A stretch of DNA of 64,000 nucleotides from an uncultured bacterium (lineage in GTDB: Bacteria > Desulfobacterota_D > UBA1144 > Nemesobacterales > UBA2774). This document shows positions 20,663-30,003 of this stretch, piece after piece; position 1 is the stretch's first letter; every line of letters starts with the position of its first letter. Below the pieces are notes generated by a model. That model was not told the DNA's origin. It made no database searches and saw nothing but the letters and a program-made list of their open reading frames with translations. The translations under genes were made by a program, and so were the position numbers. The stretch covers positions 800,001 through 864,000 of the forward strand of contig CAWGRW010000009.1 in NCBI GenBank assembly GCA_963825135.1, written 5' to 3'.

Positions 20663-21421
20663 TTGCTTACTAGAAGGGAATTCCTCAGAAACATAATCGC
20701 GGGAACAATCGGAGCCTTGTCTTTCCCACTTCTGGGTCTCTATGAAGGCTCTAAATTCCACTTCGCCCAGCTCCAGTATAACGGGGATTGGGACCCAAGG
20801 CCGAGGGATTACAAGAGGCTCTTAAGCACACTCGAGCTAAGGACAAGTGTAGTCGCCTCTTACGAGAGAAAGGTTATTAGGCTGACCGACGCGGACCTCT
20901 TCAACTTCCCGTTCCTCTACCTTGCCGGCGACGAAGGCTTCGAGCCTTTTGCGGAGGAAGAGAGGAGGAGATTGAGGAAATACCTAAAGCTCGGAGGCAC
21001 CCTCGTAATAGACGACGCCTCGGGCATAGAGGCCTCTCCCTTCGATTCCCGGATACGTGAGGAGCTAAAACAGATGCTGCCGGAGACGCCGCTCGCGCGG
21101 CTGGCGCAAGACCATGTGGTCTATAAGACTTTTTATCTCCTCTACTCGGCGAGCGGAAGGGTGATCATCAACCCGTATCTGGAAGGCGTTACGTTCAGCG
21201 ATGAGGACAGAACCGCGGTCATCTATTCGAGGAACGATCTCGGCGGAGCGTGGTCAGAAGACGAGTTCGGGAAATGGGAATACGAGTGTCTGCCGGGCGG
21301 CGAGTCTCAACGGGAGCTCGCATTCAGACTAGGAATAAATCTCATTCTCTATGCGCTGACCGGCAATTACAAGGAAGACCAGATACATATCCCCTTCATA
21401 AAGAGAAGACAGCTCTTATAA
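20663..21421 (+). CDS. DUF4159 domain protein with twin-arginine signal
   Basis: TRREFL leader; PFLYLAG, GGTLVIDD, RLGINLILYALT. Confidence 0.85.
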   Translation: MLTRREFLRNIIAGTIGALSFPLLGLYEGSKFHFAQLQYNGDWDPRPRDYKRLLSTLELRTSVVASYERKVIRLTDADLFNFPFLYLAGDEGFEPFAEEERRRLRKYLKLGGTLVIDDASGIEASPFDSRIREELKQMLPETPLARLAQDHVVYKTFYLLYSASGRVIINPYLEGVTFSDEDRTAVIYSRNDLGGAWSEDEFGKWEYECLPGGESQRELAFRLGINLILYALTGNYKEDQIHIPFIKRRQLL

Positions 21422-21469
21422 CGTATGTACCCGCTGTATTCCGGCCCGTATGCTACGCCCCGCGCACAA

Positions 21470-22255
21470 TTACATCTGTTCGAGTTTTATAACAGCGAAC
21501 GCGGCGCCCTGGGGATCCTTCATCGTGGCAAACCGCCCTACCCCAGGTATATCCATCGGCCCATGCAATAATTCGCCCCCGAGCGACCGGGTTTCAGCGA
21601 CGCATCCGTCACAGTCGTTAACCGCGAAGTAGACCAGCCAGTTTGGGGGAATACCCCTGAAATTCTCATCCATCTTCATCATTCCGGCCGCGGGCTTTTC
21701 GCCGTTCATAAAAACCGTATATATCATCCCGCCCATATCCTGCTCGTTCGCCGTCCATCCGAATAACCCGGAGTAGAATGCGCCTGCCTTAACCGTATCG
21801 TTCGTGAGAAGCTCGTTCCAGCAAAGGGTCCCGTGTTCGCCCAAGACGCGGGCGCCTATGTGCTTCATCGGCTGCCACAGGGACACGACCGCCCCCGTGG
21901 GGTCGGCTATTAAAGCCATTCTGCCAGCATCGAATACATCCATCGGTTCGACTACCACCGCTCCGCCGGACGCCTGGGCTTTTTTCACGGTGTCATCCAC
22001 ACTCGATACCGATACGTAGCCCGCCCAGTGAGTCGGGACGCCGTGGTCCTTCTGCTCGGCCCACATCTGATAAATGGCGCCCGCGTCTTTTCCGTTGATG
22101 GAAGCCATGGAATAGACCTTATCCTCCCCAATCGGCACGTCGGTAATATCCCATCCGAATATTCTCTTATAAAACTCTTTCGCTTTATCGGCGTCCTGCG
22201 CCACTAGCTCCGCCCAGCAGAACGTCCCCGGCGTATATACTTTAATTTCGCTCAT
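21470..22255 (-). CDS. Two-domain VOC/glyoxalase protein (CFP32-like)
   Basis: PGTFCWAEL and GTLCWNEL repeats, GRMALIADPTGA, WLVYFAV; ATG 22255 with GGAGG RBS. Confidence 0.9.
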   Translation of the reverse strand: MSEIKVYTPGTFCWAELVAQDADKAKEFYKRIFGWDITDVPIGEDKVYSMASINGKDAGAIYQMWAEQKDHGVPTHWAGYVSVSSVDDTVKKAQASGGAVVVEPMDVFDAGRMALIADPTGAVVSLWQPMKHIGARVLGEHGTLCWNELLTNDTVKAGAFYSGLFGWTANEQDMGGMIYTVFMNGEKPAAGMMKMDENFRGIPPNWLVYFAVNDCDGCVAETRSLGGELLHGPMDIPGVGRFATMKDPQGAAFAVIKLEQM

Positions 22256-22363
22256 AATATGCCTCCATGACAATACCGAGGGTTATTTTAGCCTGCGCAT
22301 GCAAAACGAAATAATAACACAAATGTCTAAAACTTAGGTGTATACGAGCAGCTATGCCCCCTG

Positions 22364-22401
22364 AAAAAAAGACTGGGGGTGATTTTTCAATCACCCCCAG
22401 T
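22364..22401 (-). terminator. Strong intrinsic terminator with no same-strand CDS directly upstream
   Basis: Perfect 13-bp stem ACTGGGGGTGATT (22372..22384)/AATCACCCCCAGT (22389..22401), U7 tail on minus strand. Confidence 0.8.
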
Positions 22402-22455
22402 AGCCAAGAAGGACCCAAGGTGTTAGGGAGGGCGTAGGCCCGGATAAGTGGTGGC
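22364..22455 (-). ncRNA. Candidate small RNA (C-rich loop hairpin plus terminator)
   Basis: Stem GGGCCUA/UGGGUCC enclosing CGCCCUCCCUAACACCU, then terminator; repeat array upstream; 5' end approximate. Confidence 0.5.
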
Positions 22456-22478
22456 ATTATCAGTACACCATTCAACAG

Positions 22479-22515
22479 TTAAGGGGATATTTAGAAAAAA
22501 TTAAGGATGTGTTAA
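22479..22515 (-). promoter_or_regulatory. Four 11-bp-period direct repeats (OmpR/PhoB-family box candidate)
   Basis: TTAA/TTTA at 22479, 22490, 22501, 22512; same geometry as 16315..16351. Confidence 0.6.
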
Positions 22516-22669
22516 TGTTTGAAATACAGGGCTTGTCTGAAACCAGCGGAATTATGCCTGACGCAGGTATATAAATACGGCAACCGCCGCCGGCACTCCG
22601 TTTGGCGCTGTGCTAAAATTGCCGACGCGTTGGGCGGCTTCCGGGGTGCTCAAGCAAAAGGAGGAGAAT

Positions 22670-23080
22670 ATGGAACGATGGTACATCATGACCGTGCTGG
22701 CTCTTATTTGTTTTTCTCTCGGCAGCTTTTTGGGAAAGGTCGCGTCCATGAAGGACATCCCGTACCGTATCTACTTTTTTGAAGGTGTCGGTACTCTCAC
22801 CGTATTTTCGACATTCGTTTTCTACAACAGAAGCACAATATTCACTAACTTTGCAGTAAATTTCCCGGCCCTTCTGATGGGCCTCAGCTGGGGGATAGGA
22901 ACCGTGCTCTTCATCATCGCTCTCAAGTACGCAAAGCTTTCGGTACTCGTGCCCCTGTCGGCGGTCTATCCGGCGCTCACAGTCGTGCTGGCGTTCATAT
23001 TCCTCGGAGAAAGGCTCGGGCCGAGAGAGATCGCAGGGGTGGCGCTTGCCGTCGTGTCCGCGGCTCTTCTCTCCAAGTAG
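22670..23080 (+). CDS. EamA/DMT family small transporter
   Basis: Hydrophobic; LSVLVPLSAVYP, FLGE; AGGAGG RBS. Confidence 0.88.
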   Translation: MERWYIMTVLALICFSLGSFLGKVASMKDIPYRIYFFEGVGTLTVFSTFVFYNRSTIFTNFAVNFPALLMGLSWGIGTVLFIIALKYAKLSVLVPLSAVYPALTVVLAFIFLGERLGPREIAGVALAVVSAALLSK

Positions 23081-23164
23081 AGATCTTCGCTGCGCCGAAG
23101 GATGTGTTACCAGAGGTGGAATATTCTTCGGCGGCAAAATATCATGGATGCCGTACCTTATTCG

Positions 23165-23848
23165 TCAGATTAAATCCGGCTTATTCGTAACAATCCCGCT
23201 TACCCCCATCCCCCTCAGCCTTTCCGCCTTATCCCTGTCGTCGACTGTCCAGGTGAATAGATGCATCCCGATTTTGCGGGCTCTTTCGGCGAGGCCCCTC
23301 GTGATAAACCACCTGAACGGCGCGACCGCATCGGCCCCGCAGCTTGCCGCGCTCTTTAGAGGGTCGGCGGCCGCAAAGAGTATGAGGCCCGTTTTTAAAC
23401 CCGGCTCGCGCTCCTTTATCGCCCTCAGCCTGAGCGGCTTGAACGAGACGACGAATAAATCCTCAACAAGTCCGTAATACCTGATGAGCTCGATGACCCG
23501 CTCTTCGAGTCCGTCCTCTTTAAGCTCAATCACGAGCTTCGTCCTGCCCGCCGCTAATTCGAGAACCTCTTCGAGCGTCGGTATGCGTTCCCCCATGCCC
23601 GCGTCCAGATCCCTGAGCTCGGCGAGGGACTTAGCCCGTACGAGCCCCCTGCCGTTCGTCGTCCGGTCCACTTTGTCGTCGTGAATGACGACCAGCCGGC
23701 CGTCGAGGGATCTTCTCACGTCGAGCTCGATCATATCCGCCCCGAGTTCCATTGCCCTCGTGAATGAGCGAATAGTATTTTCCGGCTCATAAGCGCTCGC
23801 TCCTCTATGTGCGATCTTTACAAAGAAAGATTCCGGTGACCTGACCAT
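23165..23848 (-). CDS. Glycerophosphodiester phosphodiesterase
   Basis: IAHRG, PENT, IELDV, HD, WTVD, IVTNKP; likely ATG 23848. Confidence 0.93.
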   Translation of the reverse strand: MVRSPESFFVKIAHRGASAYEPENTIRSFTRAMELGADMIELDVRRSLDGRLVVIHDDKVDRTTNGRGLVRAKSLAELRDLDAGMGERIPTLEEVLELAAGRTKLVIELKEDGLEERVIELIRYYGLVEDLFVVSFKPLRLRAIKEREPGLKTGLILFAAADPLKSAASCGADAVAPFRWFITRGLAERARKIGMHLFTWTVDDRDKAERLRGMGVSGIVTNKPDLI

Positions 23849-23914
23849 AAATGTAATATACACATTAATAATAAGTCTTTGCTAATACTCCGAAAAATAG
23901 TAGAATTCTAGGGA

Positions 23915-24796
23915 ATGCCGCCCTTTTTTAAAGATATTGCACATACCCTGAGGCCCCAGCAATGGGTGAAGAACTTCCTGGTCCTGGCGCCGCCTTTTTT
24001 CGGCGGCGCACTTTTCACAAGCACAGAGATGTTCTTCAAAATGTTTCTCGCTTTCGTCGCATTCTCGCTCGCTTCATCGACTGCCTATATCGTAAACGAT
24101 ATCACGGACATCGAGTTCGACCGTCTTCACCCTAAAAAGAAAGAGAGGCCTCTGACTTCAGGGAGGATAAACGTATTCACGGCGGTAGTATTGGGAATAG
24201 CGACTCTCGCCTTGTCGCTGGCGGCTTCCTTTTCAATCGGCATCGAGTACCTCATCATTACGGTGCTATATCTCTTACTCTCACTCTCATATTCGTATTA
24301 TCTTCAGAAAGTAGAGATAATCGACGTGTTTTGCATCGCTATCGGCTTTGTCCTGAGGATCGAAGCCGGCGGAATAGCATCCGGAATAGAAGTTTCCAAC
24401 TGGCTTCTGCTTACGACATTCCTCCTCTCGCTGCTGCTCGCATTCGGGAAGCGCCGCCACGAACTCGCCCTGCACAATGACATGCCAAATTCTTTCAGGG
24501 AAGTGCTCTACAGGTATAACACTAATTTTTTGGATACCACGCTCAGCATCTTCGCGACTACGGCAATAGTTACCTATGCCATATATACGGTCGAAGTCGA
24601 ATCGAAGATCTTTCTCATGACCGTCCCTCTTGCGATCTTCGGAGTGCTCAGATACATGTACCTTGTTCAAACCGATACGAGGGGAGACCCGACGGAGTCC
24701 CTTTATAAGGATAGACCGTTATTGATTACGGTACTGCTGTGGTTCGTGATCACTACCGCCATTATCTATTTCAAGAATATCACGGGCTTCTTTTAG
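23915..24796 (+). CDS. UbiA-family polyprenyl-phosphate phosphoribosyltransferase (DPPR synthase-like)
   Basis: LRPQQWVKN, YIVNDITDIEFDRLHPKKKERP, GKRRHEL, GDPTE. Confidence 0.85.
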   Translation: MPPFFKDIAHTLRPQQWVKNFLVLAPPFFGGALFTSTEMFFKMFLAFVAFSLASSTAYIVNDITDIEFDRLHPKKKERPLTSGRINVFTAVVLGIATLALSLAASFSIGIEYLIITVLYLLLSLSYSYYLQKVEIIDVFCIAIGFVLRIEAGGIASGIEVSNWLLLTTFLLSLLLAFGKRRHELALHNDMPNSFREVLYRYNTNFLDTTLSIFATTAIVTYAIYTVEVESKIFLMTVPLAIFGVLRYMYLVQTDTRGDPTESLYKDRPLLITVLLWFVITTAIIYFKNITGFF

Positions 24797-26539
24797 CAAG
24801 CCTTTCGGCAGGCCGATCGCGATAGCGTTTTGGGCCTCTTTTTTGGCTTTATCGGTATCGCCCGTTCGCATATATATCTTCGCGAGGAGAAGGTTCGCCC
24901 GTCCGTAGTATTTATAACGCTTCATTGTTTCCTTTACATATCGTTCGGCCTGCGCGTAGCTATCGGCCGAATTCGTCAGCTCGCCGTGAATGTAGTAAAT
25001 TAGCCCCAGGTGGTAATAAGTCTTCCCGTAACCCGGGTCGTATTCGAGGGCCCTGCGAAGCCAGATTTCGGCTTTTTCGTACTCTTCTTTCTCAAGATAG
25101 ACGAGCGCCAGGTTATTGGCGGTAACCGCTTTCCCCCTTGCGGTGTCGTTCATCTCGGGAGATAGCGCGATCAGAAACTCTCTTATAGCCTCATTCTGAT
25201 CGCCGGCATTCGACAGGGCAAGCCCGTAATTCGAATGCGGCAGCGGATGGTACGGGGACTTAAAAGACGCGTCCCTCCAGAGAGAGAGATCGTCTTTCCA
25301 CACAGCCTCTCTTTGATACGTAGCAAACACATACGCGGCAACAAGAATGACCCCGAACCCCCAGGCGGCTTTCCTCAGACGGGCGCTGTTTCCGGTTTGT
25401 ATCACAAAATGCCCGACGACGAGACAAAACCCTGCTGACGGTATATAAAGGTAGCGTTCGGCCAGGGGGGTTGAAGCGATTGTGAATAACGCTATCAGCG
25501 CCGAAGGCCCGAGTGTGAAAAGTATCCAGAGTATCCCGAATGCCGTTACGTTCTCTTTCTTCTTAGCCGATATAAAGACCAGCACCGCAAGCGCTGCGAT
25601 AATAATAGGCGCGGAAATGAGGTGCGCGGCTTCCTTTGGGACCTTCGTGATAAAAGCATTGAAATCGAAAGGAAGAACTAGCTTATTCAGGTAATAGAGG
25701 TACGAGCCCAGGAGAACTTTAAGGAGCTCGAGATACCGCGATACGGCCGATATATGTTCGCCTCCGATCAGGGCGCGGCCTGCCCCTTCACCGGATATCT
25801 CGTGAGTCACCTGAGGGATGTTTACGAACGCCCTGCTCCTCAGATAAAAATAGACGAGGAGAATCAAGAGATAGAGGCCGTACTTGATTATATTCCTCCG
25901 GTCGAGGAACCGCCTGCCGAGGAGATCGAAGACCAGCGCAAGGAAGGGAAATACGACCGCTACCTCTTTCGACATTAACGATAGGGAAAACCCGAGCGCT
26001 GTGATCCCGAGAAGCCACAGATTCCTGGAGGAGAGCACGTGAAAGATGAGGGCGAGAAAAAGAAACAGGGCGCAAAGTACGTCCGACCTTCCCGCAATCC
26101 ACGATACCGATTCCACGTGCATCGGATGAAGAGCAAAGAGAATCGAGGAAAATAACGCGCAGGCTTCTTTCCCTCTCGCGCCGAATTCTCCGAGCACGAG
26201 GAGAGCCATGAAATAGAAAAGCACTACCGAGACGGAATTGAACAGCAGATTGGTCAGATGGAATCCGAACGACGATACCCCCCAGACCGCCTTGTCCGCC
26301 ACGTAGGACGTATAAATCGCCGGGCGGTAATAGCTCGCGTTCTTATTCTTGTAAACATCGGTTACTACGACGCTGGTTATGTATGAGGCGTCGAATGAAA
26401 TGTTACTCTTGGTTATTACCTCGACATCGTCCCAGACGAAATCATTTTTCAGCGAGGGCGAGTAGAGGGCGAAGGAAACGAGAAACAGAAGGAGGGCCGA
26501 TAGCGGCCTGCTGGCTATTAGTTTGGATAGTAATTCCAT
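24719..26539 (-). CDS. Multi-TM GT-C-like protein with C-terminal TPRs (TMTC-like)
   Basis: FVWDD, YYRP, HPMHVESVSWIAGR, SKE, AERYLYIP, then TPRs. Confidence 0.85.
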   Translation of the reverse strand: MELLSKLIASRPLSALLLFLVSFALYSPSLKNDFVWDDVEVITKSNISFDASYITSVVVTDVYKNKNASYYRPAIYTSYVADKAVWGVSSFGFHLTNLLFNSVSVVLFYFMALLVLGEFGARGKEACALFSSILFALHPMHVESVSWIAGRSDVLCALFLFLALIFHVLSSRNLWLLGITALGFSLSLMSKEVAVVFPFLALVFDLLGRRFLDRRNIIKYGLYLLILLVYFYLRSRAFVNIPQVTHEISGEGAGRALIGGEHISAVSRYLELLKVLLGSYLYYLNKLVLPFDFNAFITKVPKEAAHLISAPIIIAALAVLVFISAKKKENVTAFGILWILFTLGPSALIALFTIASTPLAERYLYIPSAGFCLVVGHFVIQTGNSARLRKAAWGFGVILVAAYVFATYQREAVWKDDLSLWRDASFKSPYHPLPHSNYGLALSNAGDQNEAIREFLIALSPEMNDTARGKAVTANNLALVYLEKEEYEKAEIWLRRALEYDPGYGKTYYHLGLIYYIHGELTNSADSYAQAERYVKETMKRYKYYGRANLLLAKIYMRTGDTDKAKKEAQNAIAIGLPKGLLKEARDILEIDNGGSDHEPQQYRNQ

Positions 26540-26640
26540 GAGCTGACTAAATTATATCACCCGGATACACGTTATTCCCCCGGCCCCGGCCGGAATTTCC
26601 GTGACGGCGCCCCGCCCCGTCAGCGGGCGCAAAATCGGCG

Positions 26641-27420
26641 TCAACGGAAGAGATCGTCTTCAGGGTTCCTTATAATCTCCCTGGCGCTTCCGCTCCCCTT
26701 TTCAAAGCTGTACCCCCGGACAATCACGACGGGCACCGAGTCCGCTTTTTCCATGACGAGCCCGGCCGCCGAAGCTATCTCGTCGGCAACGGCCATTACC
26801 GTCGCGCTCAGGACGAGCCCCTTCGAATCCTCCCTGCCCCTGTAATCCCTGAGCGGTTTTATTCCCGAGCACCCAATCGCTATATCCACCAGCCCTTCCC
26901 TCCACGGCCTTCCGACGGTGTCCGTGATAATGACCGCTATGTCCAGAGCGGTCTCTTTTTTGAACCCCAGCGCGAGGTTTTGAGCGGACAGGTCAGAATC
27001 CACGGGCAGGAGCGTCACCGAATCCCCGCCAGACACGTTCGAGGCGTCAACACCGGCGTTTGCCGATATAACCCCTCCCCGGGTCTCCACTATAAGCCTT
27101 CCCTTTTCAGGCTTCCGCTGATCCATCCTTATGATTTTCGTGGTTTCGCCGAGTATGACTTCAATCAGGCGCGGGTCCTTGCTCACTTCCCTTGACAGCG
27201 TCAGAGCGAAGGGCGAGGGCTCCACCTCGCTCAATTTAACAATACGGTTCTCAGCCTTGGATATTATCTTCTGCGCGAAAACCACTATATCCCCGTCGAG
27301 GATAGAAAGCCCCCGGTCTTTTACTGCGCCGGACACGATCCCCACGAGGTCGTCCCCGGGCATGATTTCCGGGATGCCCCTTACGGGGATGATAGAAATT
27401 GTGTCAGGGGTGTCCGCCAT
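26641..27420 (-). CDS. cofE: Coenzyme F420-0:L-glutamate ligase
   Basis: QKIISKAE, ANAGVDASN, DTVGRPWREG, VADEIASAA, DDLFR. Confidence 0.92.
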   Translation of the reverse strand: MADTPDTISIIPVRGIPEIMPGDDLVGIVSGAVKDRGLSILDGDIVVFAQKIISKAENRIVKLSEVEPSPFALTLSREVSKDPRLIEVILGETTKIIRMDQRKPEKGRLIVETRGGVISANAGVDASNVSGGDSVTLLPVDSDLSAQNLALGFKKETALDIAVIITDTVGRPWREGLVDIAIGCSGIKPLRDYRGREDSKGLVLSATVMAVADEIASAAGLVMEKADSVPVVIVRGYSFEKGSGSAREIIRNPEDDLFR

Positions 27421-27624
27421 ATTGTTCCCGCCAAAAATCTACGCTATCAAGCAAAGATAATAGTATAGAGCGAAACTTATGCAAGGAGACAGCCGGGAAT
27501 ATTTTTTACAGATACTCTAGCCGGCGGCAGCCCGGAGAAGGGTTCGGGATATTTGCACTCCTATCCGTTATACTTGGGTATTCGGCAATTTGTCACTTGA
27601 CCGGAAGGTCTTCATATACCGAAA

Positions 27625-28056
27625 ATGAAAGCCCTGAAATTGATACATTCGATAGAGCAGCTGGTTAAGCTTGCGGATAAGGAATTCTATTACAGGGAGA
27701 ATAATCTGCAGTTGAGATTCTCTTCCCGGGATTCCGTCTTCGTAATAGGGACGAGGGAAGACGGCACGGTTTACCTGTCCGTTTATTACGGCTCCGAGAT
27801 GGGGTTTAAATTCTACATGGAAAAGGACGGCACGCTGCTCATGGAGGAGGGGAGCATGCCCGGCCTGCTCGAGCACTCGGGCCCGGAGCAGATATTGACC
27901 CTGATCGACGACTCGGGTGAGTCCCTTCTCGGCTTCGGAGCAGAAGCCATTGAATGGGGAAACTACGAATTCAAAACGATGGACCAGGTCACGGAAGAAT
28001 TCGAAAAAATTAAGCAGGCGGATAAGAAGAACGACGGGGACCCGGAGCTGCATTAG
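27625..28056 (+). CDS. Hypothetical acidic protein
   Basis: 143-aa ORF filling the gap; no recognised motif. Confidence 0.6.
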   Translation: MKALKLIHSIEQLVKLADKEFYYRENNLQLRFSSRDSVFVIGTREDGTVYLSVYYGSEMGFKFYMEKDGTLLMEEGSMPGLLEHSGPEQILTLIDDSGESLLGFGAEAIEWGNYEFKTMDQVTEEFEKIKQADKKNDGDPELH

Positions 28057-28239
28057 ATCGGCAGGGTTTCGATATCCGGGACCGGCGCCTGCAGTGTGAA
28101 GACCTGAGGCTTTTGATGGTTAATCAGCATTGATGCCCGACCTCGGCATCCCGCGGCGCACCGAAAAAAAACCTTTCATTCCGGCCTGCAAATCGGTTAA
28201 TATTGTATGTGCAATTCAATTCACAGGAGGCAATATAAA

Positions 28240-28881
28240 ATGATCAGGAGCAATATCGTGAAGTCCATATTATTTTCGATTTTAGTAGTTTGTATGTCGA
28301 TAGGCGCGGGGGCGGCCCGGGTATTCGCGCAGGACAATAATGCGCCCGCCAAGACGGACGCCATGGATAAAATGCATCAGGAGATGATGGCCAAATGGCA
28401 GGCATACGCGATGCCCGGTGAAGGTCATAAAGCCCTCGAGCCGCTCGTCGGCAACTGGGATTATACAATCTCATGGTGGGAAACTCCGGACTCTCAGCCT
28501 CAGAAATCGACGGGGACGAGCGAAGTGAAATGGATTCTGGGCGGCCGGTTCCTCGAGCAGACGGCCAAAGGCACCGCTATGGGCCAGGAATTTGAGGGTA
28601 TGGGAATTATGGGTTACGACAATATGAAAAAAGTGTATACCGGCATCTGGATGGATAACATGGGGACGGGAATGATGACGAGCACCGGCTCTTATGACCC
28701 TTCCGCGAAATCTTTTACCGAAACCGGTTCCTTTTCCTGCCCTCAGGAAGGGGGAGATAAATCATTCCGCGGGGTAACGACTTTCGTGAACCCGGATAAA
28801 TACACTTATGAGATGTTCGCCGCCGACAAAGACGGAAAAGAATCCCGCATGATGGAAATCGTATATACGAGAACGAAGTAA
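28240..28881 (+). CDS. DUF1579 domain secreted protein
   Basis: Signal peptide; PGEGHKAL, GGRFL, GYDN, WMDNMGT, EIVYTR. Confidence 0.85.
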   Translation: MIRSNIVKSILFSILVVCMSIGAGAARVFAQDNNAPAKTDAMDKMHQEMMAKWQAYAMPGEGHKALEPLVGNWDYTISWWETPDSQPQKSTGTSEVKWILGGRFLEQTAKGTAMGQEFEGMGIMGYDNMKKVYTGIWMDNMGTGMMTSTGSYDPSAKSFTETGSFSCPQEGGDKSFRGVTTFVNPDKYTYEMFAADKDGKESRMMEIVYTRTK

Positions 28882-28894
28882 TTTAAGACGGGTC

Positions 28895-29779
28895 TTAACG
28901 CCTATTCCGGTATTTATGCCAGACGAATGGGGCCGCCAGCTGGCCGAGGAACGCTTTGGGCATTTCTTCCTTGATGCCCAGCGGGCCTACATGGCGGTCC
29001 TTGGGATGATAGTACGTCCCGAAGAGTATATCGAATATCACGAGGTTCTCTCCGTAATTATTGTTCCCTTCCTCAACTTTCCTGGAGTGGTGCCATCTAT
29101 GGACATTGGGGGTGATGAAAAGATAATTCAGAACGCCGCCGTGCATGTATACGTTGCAATGCGTGAGCAGCCCCACGAACGCGGTGATGGAGCTGAAGTA
29201 TATAAACACATCCCCCGGGACACCCATTATAAACAGAAGAGGTATGCTGAACAGGAGGCTGCAGAACGTATCCACGAAATGGAACCTCCCGGTGTTGAAG
29301 AACCAGAGCTTCTCGACGCTGTGGTGCACCGAATGGAAACGCCACATAAAATCCCATGTATGAGCCAGACGGTGCTTCCAGTATAGACCGAATTCGCTCA
29401 CGACCATTGCTATTAAGACCTGTACCACTTTAGGGAGCCCTGACGGCCAGAAAGAGTAGGCGGATTTATGGCCCATCGTCTCTATAATCCCGCTGATAAG
29501 CAATAGGAACAATGCCAATTGAATCAAACCCTTGTTGAGAATCGTATGTGCGAAGTCAGGGAACTCCTGCCCGTCCGACCTTACCCACTCTTCACGGTAC
29601 GGCATGACCCTCTCAAGTATGAAGAGCGACACCGCGAGGCTCAAATATGCTATGTTGAAGTAAAGAGTCGGCCTGTCCCCCTTTATCCCGAGATAAACCA
29701 CGTATATGGGGACGCCCAGCAGGAGCGGCCAGAGGATATATGAAAGTATCTCTTTAGCTATATTCCTTACCATCCGCAA
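28895..29779 (-). CDS. Sterol desaturase / fatty-acid hydroxylase family protein
   Basis: His boxes HRLAH, HSVHH, HRWHH; NYG. Confidence 0.9.
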   Translation of the reverse strand: MRMVRNIAKEILSYILWPLLLGVPIYVVYLGIKGDRPTLYFNIAYLSLAVSLFILERVMPYREEWVRSDGQEFPDFAHTILNKGLIQLALFLLLISGIIETMGHKSAYSFWPSGLPKVVQVLIAMVVSEFGLYWKHRLAHTWDFMWRFHSVHHSVEKLWFFNTGRFHFVDTFCSLLFSIPLLFIMGVPGDVFIYFSSITAFVGLLTHCNVYMHGGVLNYLFITPNVHRWHHSRKVEEGNNNYGENLVIFDILFGTYYHPKDRHVGPLGIKEEMPKAFLGQLAAPFVWHKYRNRR

Positions 29780-30003
29780 TTCCTCTTCTCTCTCATTATG
29801 CCCTACAATAATTCTAAATCAAAAAGCCGGGTGCGGTTAAAACGAGTTCCCGGAACCGCCGCAACTATTAATCATACACCGGCTTTTTTAGGATTATGTG
29901 AAGATTCCCTGCACCAAGGCTTGAACGCTGTCGATTCGCCCCGGAAGAAAACAAACTCTCTGCAAGCCATGCAGCTACCCGTATTTACGGATACCGCCAT
30001 AGA

